From: Tubulanus polymorphus
Taxonomy: Eukaryota > Animalia > Nemertea
Reading direction: 5' to 3'
Length of the DNA: 64,000 bases
Assembly: GCF_964204645.1 (NCBI RefSeq)
Contig: NC_134026.1
Coordinates: forward strand, 1,201,950 to 1,265,949
The notes under the pieces were generated by a model, which saw nothing but the letters and a program-made list of their open reading frames with translations, was not told where the DNA came from and searched no databases. The position numbers and the translations under genes were made by a program. This document shows, one piece after another, positions 25,101 to 40,100 of the stretch (positions within the stretch are counted from its first letter, which is position 1; the number at the start of each line of letters is the position of its first letter).

Positions 25101-28100
25101 TTTCACATTGGCCCATTTTTGGTTTTCTCGTCCGAAAATTCATTTCAAAACTTTAGATCTTCTCTCGCGTACATAAAAACTATTGAGTAGGCCCGAATCT
25201 ATGAAATATATAAAAGAAATATATGACACTCGATCTAAAAAATTTTTAAATAAGTTTTACACTTTTTGTTTTAACGTGGTCTTTTCCTTTTAAAGCCACG
25301 TTAAAACTAGTTTTCCATTTTAACGTGGCTTCAAACGAAAGACTCGTTTTAACGTAGCGTTGAAACGCAAAGAGTCTAATGTATAGAAAAAAAAATGGTG
25401 GAGTTCGAGTGTGTTGTTTGTCGAATCGCTTACTAGTTGTACGAGCGTTTACTATCCGTGAGGATTTCACTGGCGATCACTCTGACGATACATGAGCTTT
25501 TTCCTTTACACGGAATAGATGGGGATTCTTGCACTTTGAATTTGAACGATTTCGTCTCACCCATATTCAACTCCAAACGAGCCACATTCACTACAACCTG
25601 GAAACAACGAATCCGAATACGAGATATAGTATCACCTACAGCGAAAACCACCATTGACTAGATATAAATCATTAGGAAAGATTACTTCAAATCGCTTTTC
25701 ACACGACTTAGACATCAAACGTTCCATTGCCTCAAAACGTATTTTGATTTCCTTAGACGCATATGCTGGACAATCCTTTATGTTAACAGTCAAACAAGCT
25801 TTACTAGATTTCATTAATCTAAAAACAAAAGACTAAGTATGAGATATTAAGACAAAGTTGAGAATGTGATTGAGAAAGTTTGATAGAAACCAAACGATTC
25901 ATTTCAGAATGAGTTCTAATTGAATAGATGCTTACGGACACAATGAAACGGCAGCTTCTTTTTTATTCTCTAACTTTTCTTCCAGTTCTCCGATACAGGT
26001 TTTAGCTGCCATCAATCGACAGGTTGAAGAAAGCCACGGCGCGTATTGAACGTGTGGACATTTTTCTTTTAGTTTATGACATTTGATGATTCCCAGAACC
26101 CCCCGGTCTATCATCGATTGGTATCCGCCTTTACAGGTCTTCATGTTTTCTCCAATACACGACACCATCTTTGCCATATCCCTGAAACATTCATTCATAA
26201 GATCGGGCGGATCTCAAGAAGTCTGAATGATACGGGGATAAACTTGAGGTTAATTGAAACGAATTAAGTTAATCCCGGGTTTAACGTCAATACAGGACTC
26301 AGTTCCACAGTTCCACAGAGTTAAAGTTAGTTCATTTTCAATGTTTTATTTAACCCAGGGTTAAATCTTAACTCAGAACTGTGGAACTGGACCCTGGTTT
26401 GTAAAACTGACCCATGATTCTGTAAAGTCAAAATTATGAAAAAAACTAATTTTGTTGGTACACGTTTCCTACTCGAAACAAATTTCGTTTCAGAGACTAC
26501 CCCGAAAATATTCATTCGGCTGTAAACGGTTATTTACGTGCAGACGTCCTTGCCATCAACGAAATTTTTCGTAAGACCTTCACTGAACGTCTTTACGCAG
26601 GCTTTGGCTGTATAATAATCACATCCCTCTTTTTCTACAACGAAATATTGTTATCAACCTTCAGTTTGAAAAGAATATGGCTACATGTATGTGAAAGTCA
26701 ACATCGCATGTGTATTTAGGGAAGCGTCCTGGGGATATGTATCTATAAATCTTTCGTCGGGTTAGCTAAGTCAAAATAAACTACATTCTATAACTTTCAA
26801 AGTTGTAAGTGATTTTCGAGGTTTATTCAGAATTATCTCAGAATGAACCCAGACATACTATTTTTCACAAGTATGTCCCCGCGACGCTTCCGTACAAATG
26901 GATTCACGTGGCTACGATAGCTGAAACACTTACTCGCTATGGTGGTTTTACAGTAATTATCCGCACATTTTTCCAGATGATGTAAAACCATTTTCTTTCG
27001 AGTTTCCTGATCGGCTGTGCATGCGGTCGCTTCATCATCTATACACTCTTTTTTCTCTTTCATTTTGCTAGAAAAAAAGGGAAAAACCGTAACGACGAAA
27101 GTATCTCGATGAGGTATTCGTAGCAGCAAAACGGTTTTTGAAATCAAATCTATTATACGACGTAAGAAAATGTATTGAATTGTCGAAAGTTGATTTCGTC
27201 GTCGGGGATCTTATACTACCGCGGAATATATTGGATTGTAAATACAAATAAGTAATTGTCTTGTTTCAGATCAAAGCAGATTATAGATGTGACATACATA
27301 TGATGTCGACACCGCATAGTAAGAACTGGTAGTTTTGAAAATTCAGGTAGTTGATGTCTATTAATTTCATCAGTAACGTTCATCATCTCTGCAGTAATCG
27401 GCATATCGAATACTCTTATTAAGTACTGCCAGACCGAATGCAATCACTAATTTCTGACCATTGATATTGATTACATTGATAAGATGTGACCGTGCGGTGG
27501 AATCGGGAGATCTGATCCGAGGGATCACGGGTATATCGGTTATATGTGGTAAGATATCTGCGGTCATCTATTCACTTACTCGCAGAACGTTTCGTATCTC
27601 TGTGAGTAATACGCGTTAACACGAGCATACTCCAGTTCTATCAAACATTTCATCGGAGCCGACTGGGCGCATTTTTCTCCGGTCACAACTGGCGGGACCA
27701 CCGTACATTTAGTTCCGACCTTCTCCTTGAACACGCTTTCCTGAATGCGCATCGCATTTTTCACGGAGACGTAAGCGATTTTAACACAACCGGCTAACTT
27801 GTTGACGACGCATTTTAGATTTTCATTGAACGACGAACAAACTGCGGTCATATCATCCTCAATAACGACATCAGTGGCGGTTTTAGTTAGTTCTTCCAGA
27901 CATTGCTTGGCTTCGTCTATCTGACACGTATCTTCGTCAGCTTTCGGTGTGACATCTTCGCAAGCTTCTTTGTTGATAGCGTGTACGACATGCAAAGCTA
28001 TGTATAAGATTCGTTGAGTGTACACAGAACACTTTTTACTTTCCGACACAACGTTCAACAGCATAGCCTTGTAATCACTGTGATAAAAAAAAACGAAAAC

Positions 28101-31100
28101 CGCCATATATTCATTGAGGTAAATAAACAAATCAGTTACTCAATGAGGAAAGTACGGAAGAGCAATGCGGCCAACAACAATTTATTTTCAGTTTAAAAAT
28201 TCGACTTTTCGAGTTAGTAAGTCGACTTTTTAAACTCGAAAAGTCGAATTTTTAAACTGAAAATAAAGTGTTGTTGGCCGCATTGCTCTTCCGTACTTTT
28301 CCGTAGGAAAGAACAACAAAAAACAAAATTCTTTTACCGGCAGAACTTTTTCTGAGTTTCCTCATTGTCTGCAGATGCTTTAAATGTACGACCAAAGTAT
28401 TCCACGATTTTAGCTTTCAGCAACTCGAATTTACATTCGTCTAAAGTGATTGAACACATATTTTAAGCATATCAATGCATGAATAAATTTTTTCTGAATT
28501 TTTGGTAAATCATTTCAATACGCACCAGCTCCAGGTCCCATTTCGATTGTTTTCGCATCTGAAAATTTTCATATCAAAATGAAAAAAATGATGCAAACAA
28601 ATCTCACAATAAAATAAATTAACGCAAAATAGTCAAACTAGGGGTCCAAGGACACCATGCCCACTTGGGAAGTGGTTTGAAATGCTCAACAAACATAAGT
28701 TTTTAATATTCAACACCCACTGGTGACCATACACGGAAATATCTCTGAAACTCACAACAATCATAGAACATGTCATGAGCTACAATTATGGAAAGAATTT
28801 GCTATTGATCGCCGTTACGAAATATGCACAGGAACTAATAGAAATGGTCATATTGTATAAGATTGAATATGACTTCCCCTTGATGGCAATAATGAAAATT
28901 GGGTGATCCCAATTCCATATGGCAGCACTATTAATAATCAAATATGAAGTTAAAACCAGTTGATATTTTCTTTGATAAAAACCTTTCCCCTGCGAATGGA
29001 GGAATGATGACACCAAGATGGCCATCGTTTGACGTGTATCATTTCCCTGTGATGTTTGAGTTGATGATATACAATGATGACGTCGATGTTACAAATTTCA
29101 AAGCTACCTCACAAGCCGATAAAGCTGAGCGACACCCGCCATGAACAATCCAATAGGGTTAGTCTTAGGAAACCAAGATCCGGACATAAAGCAAGATAAA
29201 CAAACAAACAAACATACTGTCTTACTGAATTCAAACGTTCATGTCATCATCGGAGCTTTGAATATCATAGTATTCATTTCTTATAAGGATTCAGACCATA
29301 GTATACGAACCGTATTTCTGACATATCTCATTCTTCGTCGTCCCAATAGCTTCCAGAATTCGTTTCATGCGTACATATTTCACCTTGTTTGGACCGTTTT
29401 CACAGTACATTTTCAGTTTCGTCATACATTTTGTTGAATCCGTCGTCGCGAATTTTCTAATACAACCAAGAAATTACTTAAAACGTTTATTGCATTTTTG
29501 AAAAAAAAAGCTATTCGATAAGTTTCTTAATCAAAACTTCTGGACTCTATTCAACAACCTCGATAAAGATCTAAGGACACTATAGTCAGCAGGCAAGCAC
29601 AGTGACTTACCGGCAGAGTTCAGAATTGTACTTTCCGGCAAATATCCCTTTCATGAATTTACTATAATAGTCTTTCGAACACTGTAATGTTTCAGTCGAA
29701 TCGCATTTGACTGAAAGCAAAATAATTGAAGAACTTCATACATTCGGGAACTCTAAACTATGAGTCTCGAAACAGTGATTCTACGCTTGCTCGATGTTGA
29801 ATACGAGGTTGAACCGTTTTTACCTTCAGGTTTCATGCACTGACGCAGGATGCCTTGGAATAGGCCGTTGAAGTAGTAATGAATGAACTGTTTTTCTCCG
29901 GGACAGTTATTCATTTGTTTTTTAACGCAATCTATCGCTTCAGTGAGTCGACTGTAACAAAATCCATCGAAAACATTAACATTTTCTATGTGAAAACCGA
30001 TTAGCTCGATGATGCTATACTTTAAACAACCTGCATCGTGTTTCTTCGTCAACTTTTGTATCCAGCACCATTTTGGTACACACTGAATAAACTTTCTCAT
30101 TTGTGCAATTTTCCTTTACTGGTGGCAGGTCATTACATATTTTAGACGCGACTAATGACTTTCTCTTTTTCGCCAACACACTTATGAAACGGAACTGTAC
30201 CGCACCGCTACACTCTTTAATGTCCATCGTAATTTTTCTTTCAATATCGTAATATACTCTGCAAATATAAAAGGAAATTTATTTCTCTACTAAGGAAGGA
30301 TTTTACTCCCAGTGGCGTGGAGGATACGCGAGCGAAATAATTTAAACGATTAAAGCCTCGTTTCAGACGTTGATAGAAAAGCGATATTCAAATTTGTTGG
30401 ACTGTCTATGGGGAAGGATCTTTTTTAATAGGGGGTTAGTAGTAGCGGGGAACAAAATTCAGTATTTTTCATTAATTTTGTGTTTTACAGCGAAAACTTC
30501 CAATTGGTCTCTCAATGGGAACTCACTTGCAAATGCTTGATTTTATGATGGAGTCGTCGGTGACAGTTGCTTTCCAGAATAGTGAAAAGAATACTTTTAA
30601 GTACTTTTCAGCTTCCTTAAATCGGCACTCTTTACTCTCTGCAAGACAGTTAAGATTTTCATCTTATTTCAATTTTAACTTTTGCAATGAGTTATTGAGT
30701 CTTTTCTGATGAATAAAACAGCTTACCTTCTTCATCCGTGTCTGGAACTGGAATATAAACGGGCAAAAATGGATTAATCGAATTCATATGTATTGATTTT
30801 CAATAAACTACGGTGTTTTTTTATCATTGATCGGGATTATTTTTGGTATGTGTAACTGTGATGATGGCGAATCAAACTAATGTATTTAATGAACACATCA
30901 GATTGTATTTTCTGTTGCGCCCAGTCAGATTTCTGTAAAACCTATAGGTGGGGTGCATCGTACTAATCTACAGTGATGCAAGTGTGTCATTCCGTACAAA
31001 CGCGTGATAAAAATAACTGTATGCATGAGAAAAACCTGAATTCCCGATCGAAAATGATGATTTCGAACATTTTGATCAAGAAATTACATTTTTCTGTTTT

Positions 31101-34100
31101 ATTTCATAGCGGCAGCGTTCTATTGTTAAAGAATACAGATGTTAAATCAAATATAAACTTACTCATTCCTGAAAATATTGTTTAGATCATGATTCGGTGA
31201 ATGAAGATATTTAAGATAGTACGCGAGGAGAGAAGTTGAAATCGATGAACAAAAACGATTTTGAATAGCGAACTTTCACTTACTATCGTCGTTACATATA
31301 GAGTTATCCCCCACGAGTTGACCCTTAATGGCCGTAAAACGATTTGCAATCTCAGCTGGTTTCTGCGAACACTTGAACGAATCTTCGCCAACTTTTCCAA
31401 AGCATTTCTCTATTTTCTTAACCAATTTATATGACTCCCTAAATTTCAATACACAAACGTATTTTTCTTCAAATATTTTTTTCTAAAGAAAACATGGTTG
31501 AATATGATACACATGTATATAGTAGTCGGTGGTTATCGAATACTTACGAGCAAATATGTTTAATGCGGTAACCTCCTTTCATCATAGCGTCGAGAATTTT
31601 GTCACCAACTTCCGTTATACACTTGTAGTTTTTACTTTCGTAACAAATTGATTTATCTAAAAATGAAAATTTTCTTTCAAAATTTTTGTTCATTTAAAAC
31701 AGATATCGTGAAAAACTATGACATTCAGAATACGTAAGTTTTAGTTTGTTTGTGTAAAGCGTCTGAACATCCTTTTGGATATACAGCCTCTGTGGCTCTG
31801 CTCAGGCTTCGGTCTCCTGATTGTCACTAACCTATTTTGTTATTATCAATTTTGTAAATATTGATGGGGACAAATAAAATATATACTATTAGATTTGTAC
31901 CTTGAAATGACGTCTTGATCGCCAATAGGATTTATCTTCGTTTTTTACGGTTAAATGCATCGAGATATTACGCACAAAACGTTGTTCATTTCTCAGTATT
32001 GATAAAAAAAAGTTGGACTGGGTAAGATTTTGACAGAGAAATATTGCGGAACTTTTGCAGATTCGAAGACGAAACGTGGTCATTTACGTTATTGCATTCA
32101 GCACCTTAGATTGGCGAGGTGTGACGACGCTAATGCTCGATGAAAAAGTCTCCATGACAAATAACTCGTAGCTTAAAAATTACAATCATAAATAGATCTA
32201 ACCATCCATCGGAGTAACGGGCCACCATAACAAGGTACCGTCGATAGCAGTCGATGCCAACCGCTATTTATGTAACTACGTAAAACGCCGTTGTTTTTAT
32301 ACAATCGAAATGCCGCTTACCGCATTGTTTTGAGTATTTATACGTGGAAGCAACGACCTTCTTTTCTAGATACAATCGTTTTTCACGATCACAACCAGCA
32401 ACCCTTTCGTTAACGCACAATTTCAACTTGGTAAACTTCCTGAAATTGATGCATTATGAAATGGTAATTGTGTTTCGAGAAATATTTGTGTTCGAATGAA
32501 TTAAAGTCTCTCATTAATTCATTAATTTATTGTCCATATGTTAGAGGTAAAGCCCAACGCACACGACGCAGGGAAACATAAAAACACAGAAACAAGCAAA
32601 TAAACTTGTTTGATCCCGAAACGAAGCATTTCTAGTGGATTCACACGGGAATCAAAGTACTCACTCCTGGCGCGAATCCGTACAAATCTTGTTATTCCCG
32701 GTTTCAGCTTCTTTTAGATTCATGGTAAAGTCCTTTATACAGGTAGAAGCGCCCTCGTGATTACAACTTGGTTTCGGCGGTGGTGGAACCAAGTCATCAT
32801 CTTCTTCCTCCCGTCCCTCGATTTGGTAGTCGACCGCGCACTCGAATTTGCTGGTTATATTTATCAGGGTGGATAAGTATTTATAAATCTTCATGAGAAG
32901 TCCGGAACTGCACGACAGAATCATTTTTTCAATTTCCATTCGATCCTTGTTGAATTGACTGCGGATTAAAGATAAATACATATATATTATATCAAGTTTA
33001 CGCAGAATGATATGAAGCCGTAGAGTAAAGAGAATAGAATCATTCGAAATTAAATTCGGCTACACACATGCAGGTCTTTTGACGGAAAAACTTATCCATG
33101 ACCACCGCCTTCCTTATTGTCTTAGAGATGTGTTTTATTTTCTTAAAAGCCGTCTCAGCTTTGCATTCAGGCGCTTCTGTTGAATTGAAAACACAAGATC
33201 GATAGGAACACCCAAAAAATCTACTCAACACAAATCGATTTGATACGCAGTGCGACAGAAAAGATTCAAAAGTTAATTGTCTAACCTTTATCGGGAAGTA
33301 TAATTGTTGCTGAAAATAAACACGAATAAAAATATCAGCGATACAAAGAAAAAAACCAAAATTGAGTACATCATCGAAATGGATACAGTGAGTATAGCTT
33401 ACGAGTTTCTACGCAAGAGTTTTTCAGCAAGGTCTGCATTACGGTGACTACAGTACTATATCTTGTCTTCGTTGTTTTATCGCACGAAGTCTCCAAAGTA
33501 GTCAAGCATTTTGTGACTTCAGTTTTTCTAGCATCACTGTTGGAAAAGTATCAATGCGATTTCAAACGTTTGAATACGTGCACGTGTTATTTTCGGAAAA
33601 TGTAAGAAAGACGTTAATTTGATCTTACCTACAAACGTCATTACTGCTGGTGCTATTTTGCGTATTTAGGTAGATAAATCCGTCTTGAATGTACGTTTCC
33701 AAACACTTTGCCTCCTTCGATTGGAGACATTTCACTGAAAAAAACCCAGATTAATTGCATCATATCCGAACACTGGTAACTATTATTATGAGTATAATTA
33801 GTATAGATCTTACAGGATTTTGCTTCGCAGTAAGTTTGAGTAAAATCTGTTTTGGCCGTTTCGATGACGTAAGATGCAGTTGGACAACATTTGCCGGTGA
33901 GAGTATCGCACAGGGTTGCATTTTGAAGAGTTCTGTGAAATCAAAATTAGAATGGAGATCAAGTAGTGAATATCTCACACCACAGAAATCGATTTTATTG
34001 TTCTATAGTTTTCGTATTAAAAACTCACGCGCAAGCAGTCTGTAAAGTGCCGTTCATTAACGAATCTTTTAAATTTTCTTTTTCCTTCATCAGACAACTG

Positions 34101-37100
34101 CCAACTTTCAAAATGGTACATTCTTTATCCGATTTGATTATTGTACCGCTCTCACAACTGGCAGAAAACGAAGTCTTGAGGTAATACAACATATATGCTA
34201 TGTCGTGTTGAAACTTGCCACTGCAATTTGCGTCAATCGCCAACTTCTTCGTGGAAACAAATGTCGAAGAGTATTCCCTAAAACATCGGGTTTTGGATGA
34301 TAGTGTTATGGAAGCGGAAGTGACATAATGAACAATATCGCAGCTAAACAAATATTGATCGCGTGCATGTGTTTAACAACTTACTTGCAAAAGGTTGCGG
34401 TGATTTTCTTTCCCCACGACAAATAAGGTATGATCGACGACGATAGTTTTATCAGATTGAATGCGATAGACACCAAACTCGCTTTACATGCCATTGGTTC
34501 TATAAAGTTGTAATACATGCAGTCAGCAGTTTCACTAGAAATCTCATATTTACCTATTTCTTTTACAATTCTACACTTAACGCACCTTTACTGTATGTAT
34601 CGAGGAACTGTCCGCCTGAAAATTGATAGGTTTATCAATTACGGAAGAAATTATCTCTGATAGCAATGAGTCTATATGGATATAACTGAGATTCGTACCT
34701 TTGCATATGCTCTTTAAGAAATCTTCATAACGCGTGAAAGCACGGTTGATGCTATCAAAAGTACTCTGATCACACGTGTTCCGAACTTTCAGTAAACACT
34801 TATGGTAGCGCCGGTCTTTTAGGATTCTGTCAAAGTGTAATTGTAATTCAATAAACCAGGAACGAGGTGACCAAAGATGAAACATAACAAGTTGTTACAC
34901 TTACTTGCAGGCTTTTTTAGATCTCAATGCCAATAAGTGAGTGGATGTATGTTTTAAATAGTTCGATAAACAGCGAGTTGCATCTGAGGAATAGCATTTC
35001 TTATCCGGTTCTGTGAATGTAGCATCAGAAAGGTATTCTTATGTTACGGATTTGTCACAAACTGATTATACACATATTAATCATAGATGTATCGAAGGAA
35101 TAAAAGGATGAATAAGAAGGATTGAAGTGGAACCCAGAAAGTGATTCATAAAATCAAATTTAATCATTATTTACCTGTACATCTGTACTTGATGGCAGAA
35201 ATTGCATACTGGAAAAAGCGTTTCTTGCCATATGGACATTCCTGTACTGCGTCTGTGATACACTTGGATTTTTCAGTGATCTTTCTAGAAAATGTGTCCA
35301 CGTACATACAATATAAACGATGAAAAAGTAGAAAAATCAGTCAGAAATATCTCACTGATAAGAACTACTTACTTTTCAATGTGTTTGCAAATGTCTTTTC
35401 CACGTTTTTTACCCTTTCCTTTGTGTTTTATTTCCTTGGATAGTTCTTTCATGCATTTCTTCGCCTTATCGAGTTCTTTCTTCCCGCATTTTGGTTTCTC
35501 CTCAGTATCAGGGCACTCCATTGCTTTTGCCATCATCTCAGACGGGTACATTGAACGTAGTACCGTGAATTTCAAGAAATCGCTGCATTTCTTCGCTTTC
35601 CCTTCGAAACAGCTCTTGCCATTTTTGTAAGCACTGTAAGAAATCCAACAACATATTTCTAAATCGCATTACTCTTGTTTATGAAAAAGTAAATAACCAC
35701 GTCTTAGTGGCTTTGTGAGTGATCGCGACGATTGGTACTATTGGTATTCATGGGCTAAATCTTGGCCGGTCGGTAATCGTGCAATAATGTAATTATTACC
35801 GTGATTGTTTTGTAACCGAGATGCACAACAAGTTAGTTATAATAATGAATATCGGATTTATTTCGAATCTCATAGAATATCACGTATCTTTTTACCTGCA
35901 AACGAATAACTTAGACACTGCCTTGTCCTTGAATGCCATACCAAAAAGCATCGTTTCCATTGCATGTTTTGCGCAATACTTTAGTTCATCGGATTGGCAT
36001 TCGACATTTTCTGAAATGATAGCGCACTCAATCGAGTGATCCTTATTGAACGAAGGCTTTATTTCAGATCCGTGAAGATGTGTTAACGTATTATGTCACT
36101 TACCGTAAACTTTTCCGAAATCATAAACTGAAAAATAAATTAAACAACAAAATAAGAATAATTGAATCTATATTCATTATAACCATTGAAGAAATACTAT
36201 TCCGTATTGCGACGATATAGAATACTGGCACACGATATAGAATACTGGCACACGATATAGAATACTGGCACACTGATATAGAATACTGGCACACGATATA
36301 GAATACTGGCACACGATATAGAATACTGGCACACGATATAGAATACTGGCACACTGATATAGAATACTGGCACACGATATAGAATACTGGCACACGATAT
36401 AGAATACTGGCACACGATATAGAATACTGGCACACTGATATAAAATACTAGCACACGATATAGAATACTGGCACACGATATAGAATACTGGCACACGATA
36501 TAGAATACTGGCACACGATATAGAATACTGGCACACTGATATAGAATACTGGCACACGATATAGAATACTGGCACACGATATAGAATACTGGCACACTAT
36601 ATAGAATACTGGCACACTGATATAACGTATCGGTTATAATGATAAGGAAACGTCGAATTAATGAATAATTAGCTGAAAGAAACTTTTTGGAATTCATCGG
36701 GATTCTCTATTTATCTATATTGATTGATGTGGCGCGATTTCAGTCACATCTCACCTTCGTCTTTACAGATCATATCACTGAGCTTAGTCAATGCTTCCAA
36801 CGACTTTGAGTATCTTTTCGTCACTTCGGCGTCACATTTTTTCTCGTACTTTTTGAAACATTTTTCTACCTCGTGTTTTTGTTTCTTCCTGTAATTGGAA
36901 TAATTTTAGACGTGGATCATTTTTTCGAGATTCCGAATTGGTTCTCTACGCACGGAGGAGATTTACGAACCTGCATAACGTGCTTTCCTTTCCTGTGTTG
37001 TATACCAGTGCCTCGAACGCGTTATAGGAAAATCTTTCAAGACACCGTATCGGAGTCGATTCTGTGCATTCAGCTGAATATGAACGTACGAATAGGTATT

Positions 37101-40100
37101 ATAATCGTTCTAAAAGAGCGGCTTTGAAAAGAAATGATTCTCAGCATCCTTCAAGTCTTACCGACATCATCCTCACACATCGGTTCTAGAAGCTTATAGG
37201 CGTTATCCAGAATGTTTTTTCCAATAGGTGAACAGTCACTTCTTATACTCGATACGCATCCAGTTTTCCCAAAAATTTTCCTGTAAATAGAAAAAGTTTT
37301 AACTCACTGCCACAAAATAATGAAACCTATGTAATTTCTTAGTAAAATTCTTGTAATGAAGATTTTCGTTAAATCTGATTTTACTTACAAACACATGTTA
37401 GATAAAGTCATGTGTCCCATTGTGAAGGCGTATACGTGTTCATTCATTTCGAAGATACATCGATCAAATTCATCCTTTGAACACTTCGCTTTTGGCGTTG
37501 GAATGTTCGAGCACAATTTCATGTCTAACAAAGTCCGATCTATGGTGTTTAGCATATAGTCGAAACGTAGAAATGTGTTATAACTACAGCTTTCGAGGTT
37601 TGTTTTTATGCAACTTTTCGATGTAGTGAGAACCCTTGAAAATCAAAGAATACATATTAAATTCAATTTTTAGATTTTACTTTAATTTTTCTATTTGCAC
37701 AGTATCTATTGTCTTTATGTTAATATCAGATGAAGACAAACGGGTAATTCCTTAATGAAATTTGGCCAACAACTCATAGGTTTTTGGTACCATACACTTT
37801 TTGTTGATTTATTTCATGTGTAGGTTGCCAATATGTAATAGCTGTCTCCCAGGTTAATAAAATGCAAAAGTGTTTTTATTACATTTCTCTTTTTTCTTTT
37901 TTTCACTTTTCCCTTTTGATGGACCTGTTTTATATAAACTATATTCCTTAGTTTCTACAGACCCCTCCAAGTCTAATTAATTTACTGTATTTTGTATTAT
38001 GCTTTTGTACACTATGCTGTAAATTATATTTGAAAATAAAACGTTCATTCATTCATTCATTCATTCATTCATTCATTCATTCATTCATTCAAAAAAATTT
38101 CAAAAAAATGAAATATACGCGCATTTGAGGAGCTCTTACGTGCAGAATTCGTTATTTGCAGGGGATCCAATTCCTATTATGGACCCATCGACTATCTTCG
38201 TCAAACATTTCGTAGCCTCAGCCGCCTTGCATTCATCGGCTTTACCTGAGGAAAATTCCACAATTGATGACAAGAAATTTATCAGTCTACCCTTGTAATG
38301 AATTAGAAGTTCATACATCGATTGTTTCTGTTCTCTAATTCTCGTTCAACCTTGCGTGTTGAATGTTAGAAAACAACCAAAACGTTTCAATCCCAATCAA
38401 CTCTCTAAATCTCAACACTTCGATTGTGGGACTTCGCTTTCATTATATTTCTAACGGTTAGTGTCTAAGGGAACAGTTTGGTTAGTACCGATAATAATTT
38501 GGAGTGCTCGATTTTTCTAAATGAATATTCATGCTTACCTCCAACCTCGGGCGAATCTCCTAAAATAGATGCAAAGAAATGTTACTTTCAATCGAACACG
38601 TATTTTTGCATAAACATCTAATTCCTAAGGGCTTGCGTTACCTTTTACACAAGCTGCCATGAGATAACCAACCATGTTATAAACCAGTTTGTAGATATTG
38701 TTGTAGATAGGGATGTCAGGTGATGCTTTGCAATGTTCATTTACATTTTCTAGAAGAGTTTGGACACCTCCTGTGTAGATATCTCTGAAAATGTGAAATA
38801 TAAATAAGAGAAGAATATGTTTAACAGTCGTTTTAACGCATTAAACCTTTTCAGCCTTCAGGCTTGTAATAATATTGCTTGTCACATCATATTAATGTTA
38901 AATATTGTATAAATTATATAACGTGCATGTTACACGTATGTCACTACGTGCTATATTTGTAAACTGCGGGCTGGTTGCATAGTCATGGCTTAGACTTAAG
39001 ACCAGTCTTAGACCAACTTAGTTCTATAGCCAATCTAACAACTTGAGACCAGTCATAAGATTTAAGACCACTTTTGGACTTAAGTCACGACTGTGCAACT
39101 GGCCCCAACGTAGATAAAGTTCAAATTCAACAGATTCTTACTCGCAAACTTCGTTTCGATTTCCAATGGCCCATTTTTCCAGTGTGTCCACCATATTGTT
39201 TTTCAATTCGACAGCTGCCCCGGATCCCAAGCATGTTGGATTGACTGCAAATAATATAATCGAATAAAACCTAAAATCGTTACCAAATCTATCGCAAATC
39301 ATATATATGACGATGCCGAACATACCGCATTGATTTTCATAATGGTACGTAACCATCTTTAGTTTTGCTTCGAGGACGGTAGTGTATATGTCATCGCATC
39401 CTGTCAGTTTTTCCTTTACACACTTTGTCATTTCTGTAACTAATCTGTCGTATACAAAGAAAAACGCCATTTAGTACACGAATAATTGTTATTCGTTCGG
39501 ATGCATTTATCGTTATCTTACCCCTTAAGTTTGCATATATTATTCTTTTCCTTCATATATTTAGCAAACTCTTCATTGAGGTTTGAAATGCATTTAGCTG
39601 CTTCATTAGCCTTGCAAAACGGAAGCGGCTCCTTGAAATTTGTGCATTGAAGTTTGTCTAATATTCTCATTTTTAATGTTGAGTATCCAGCAAGGACTGA
39701 GTATTGACCGGGGCCGGAACAGTTAACGATGTGACCAGTCGCACACGAGAAAGCTTCCTTATACAGACTGTTAAAGCGAAAATAAAGTTAGTTAGATAAA
39801 CATGTCTACGGATCATCCGAGATTCTTCATCGAGTTATCTAAATCGGAATAAACAAGTATTCTACGTTTAAAGTGAGGTTAATTCCGAGTCACATACTCG
39901 GTATTAACCTAATTTTTACACAAATGTCGCCAGGACGCTTTACTTAATTTCGAAGATAAACGAAAACTAGTGAAGAGACATCAATCATACCTGCAAGCGC
40001 GATTTATCGTGTCACGCGTACCAACGATAGCACTGCCAATAATATTCAATAATTTCATTGAACACTCCTTGGCTTCTTTAATGCGGCACATCGGGTCATT

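Noticed and set aside
36121-36697. Three overlapping Cys/Tyr-rich ORFs (CQYSISCASILY...)
   Set aside because: Artefacts of the 20/21-bp tandem repeat inside an intron.
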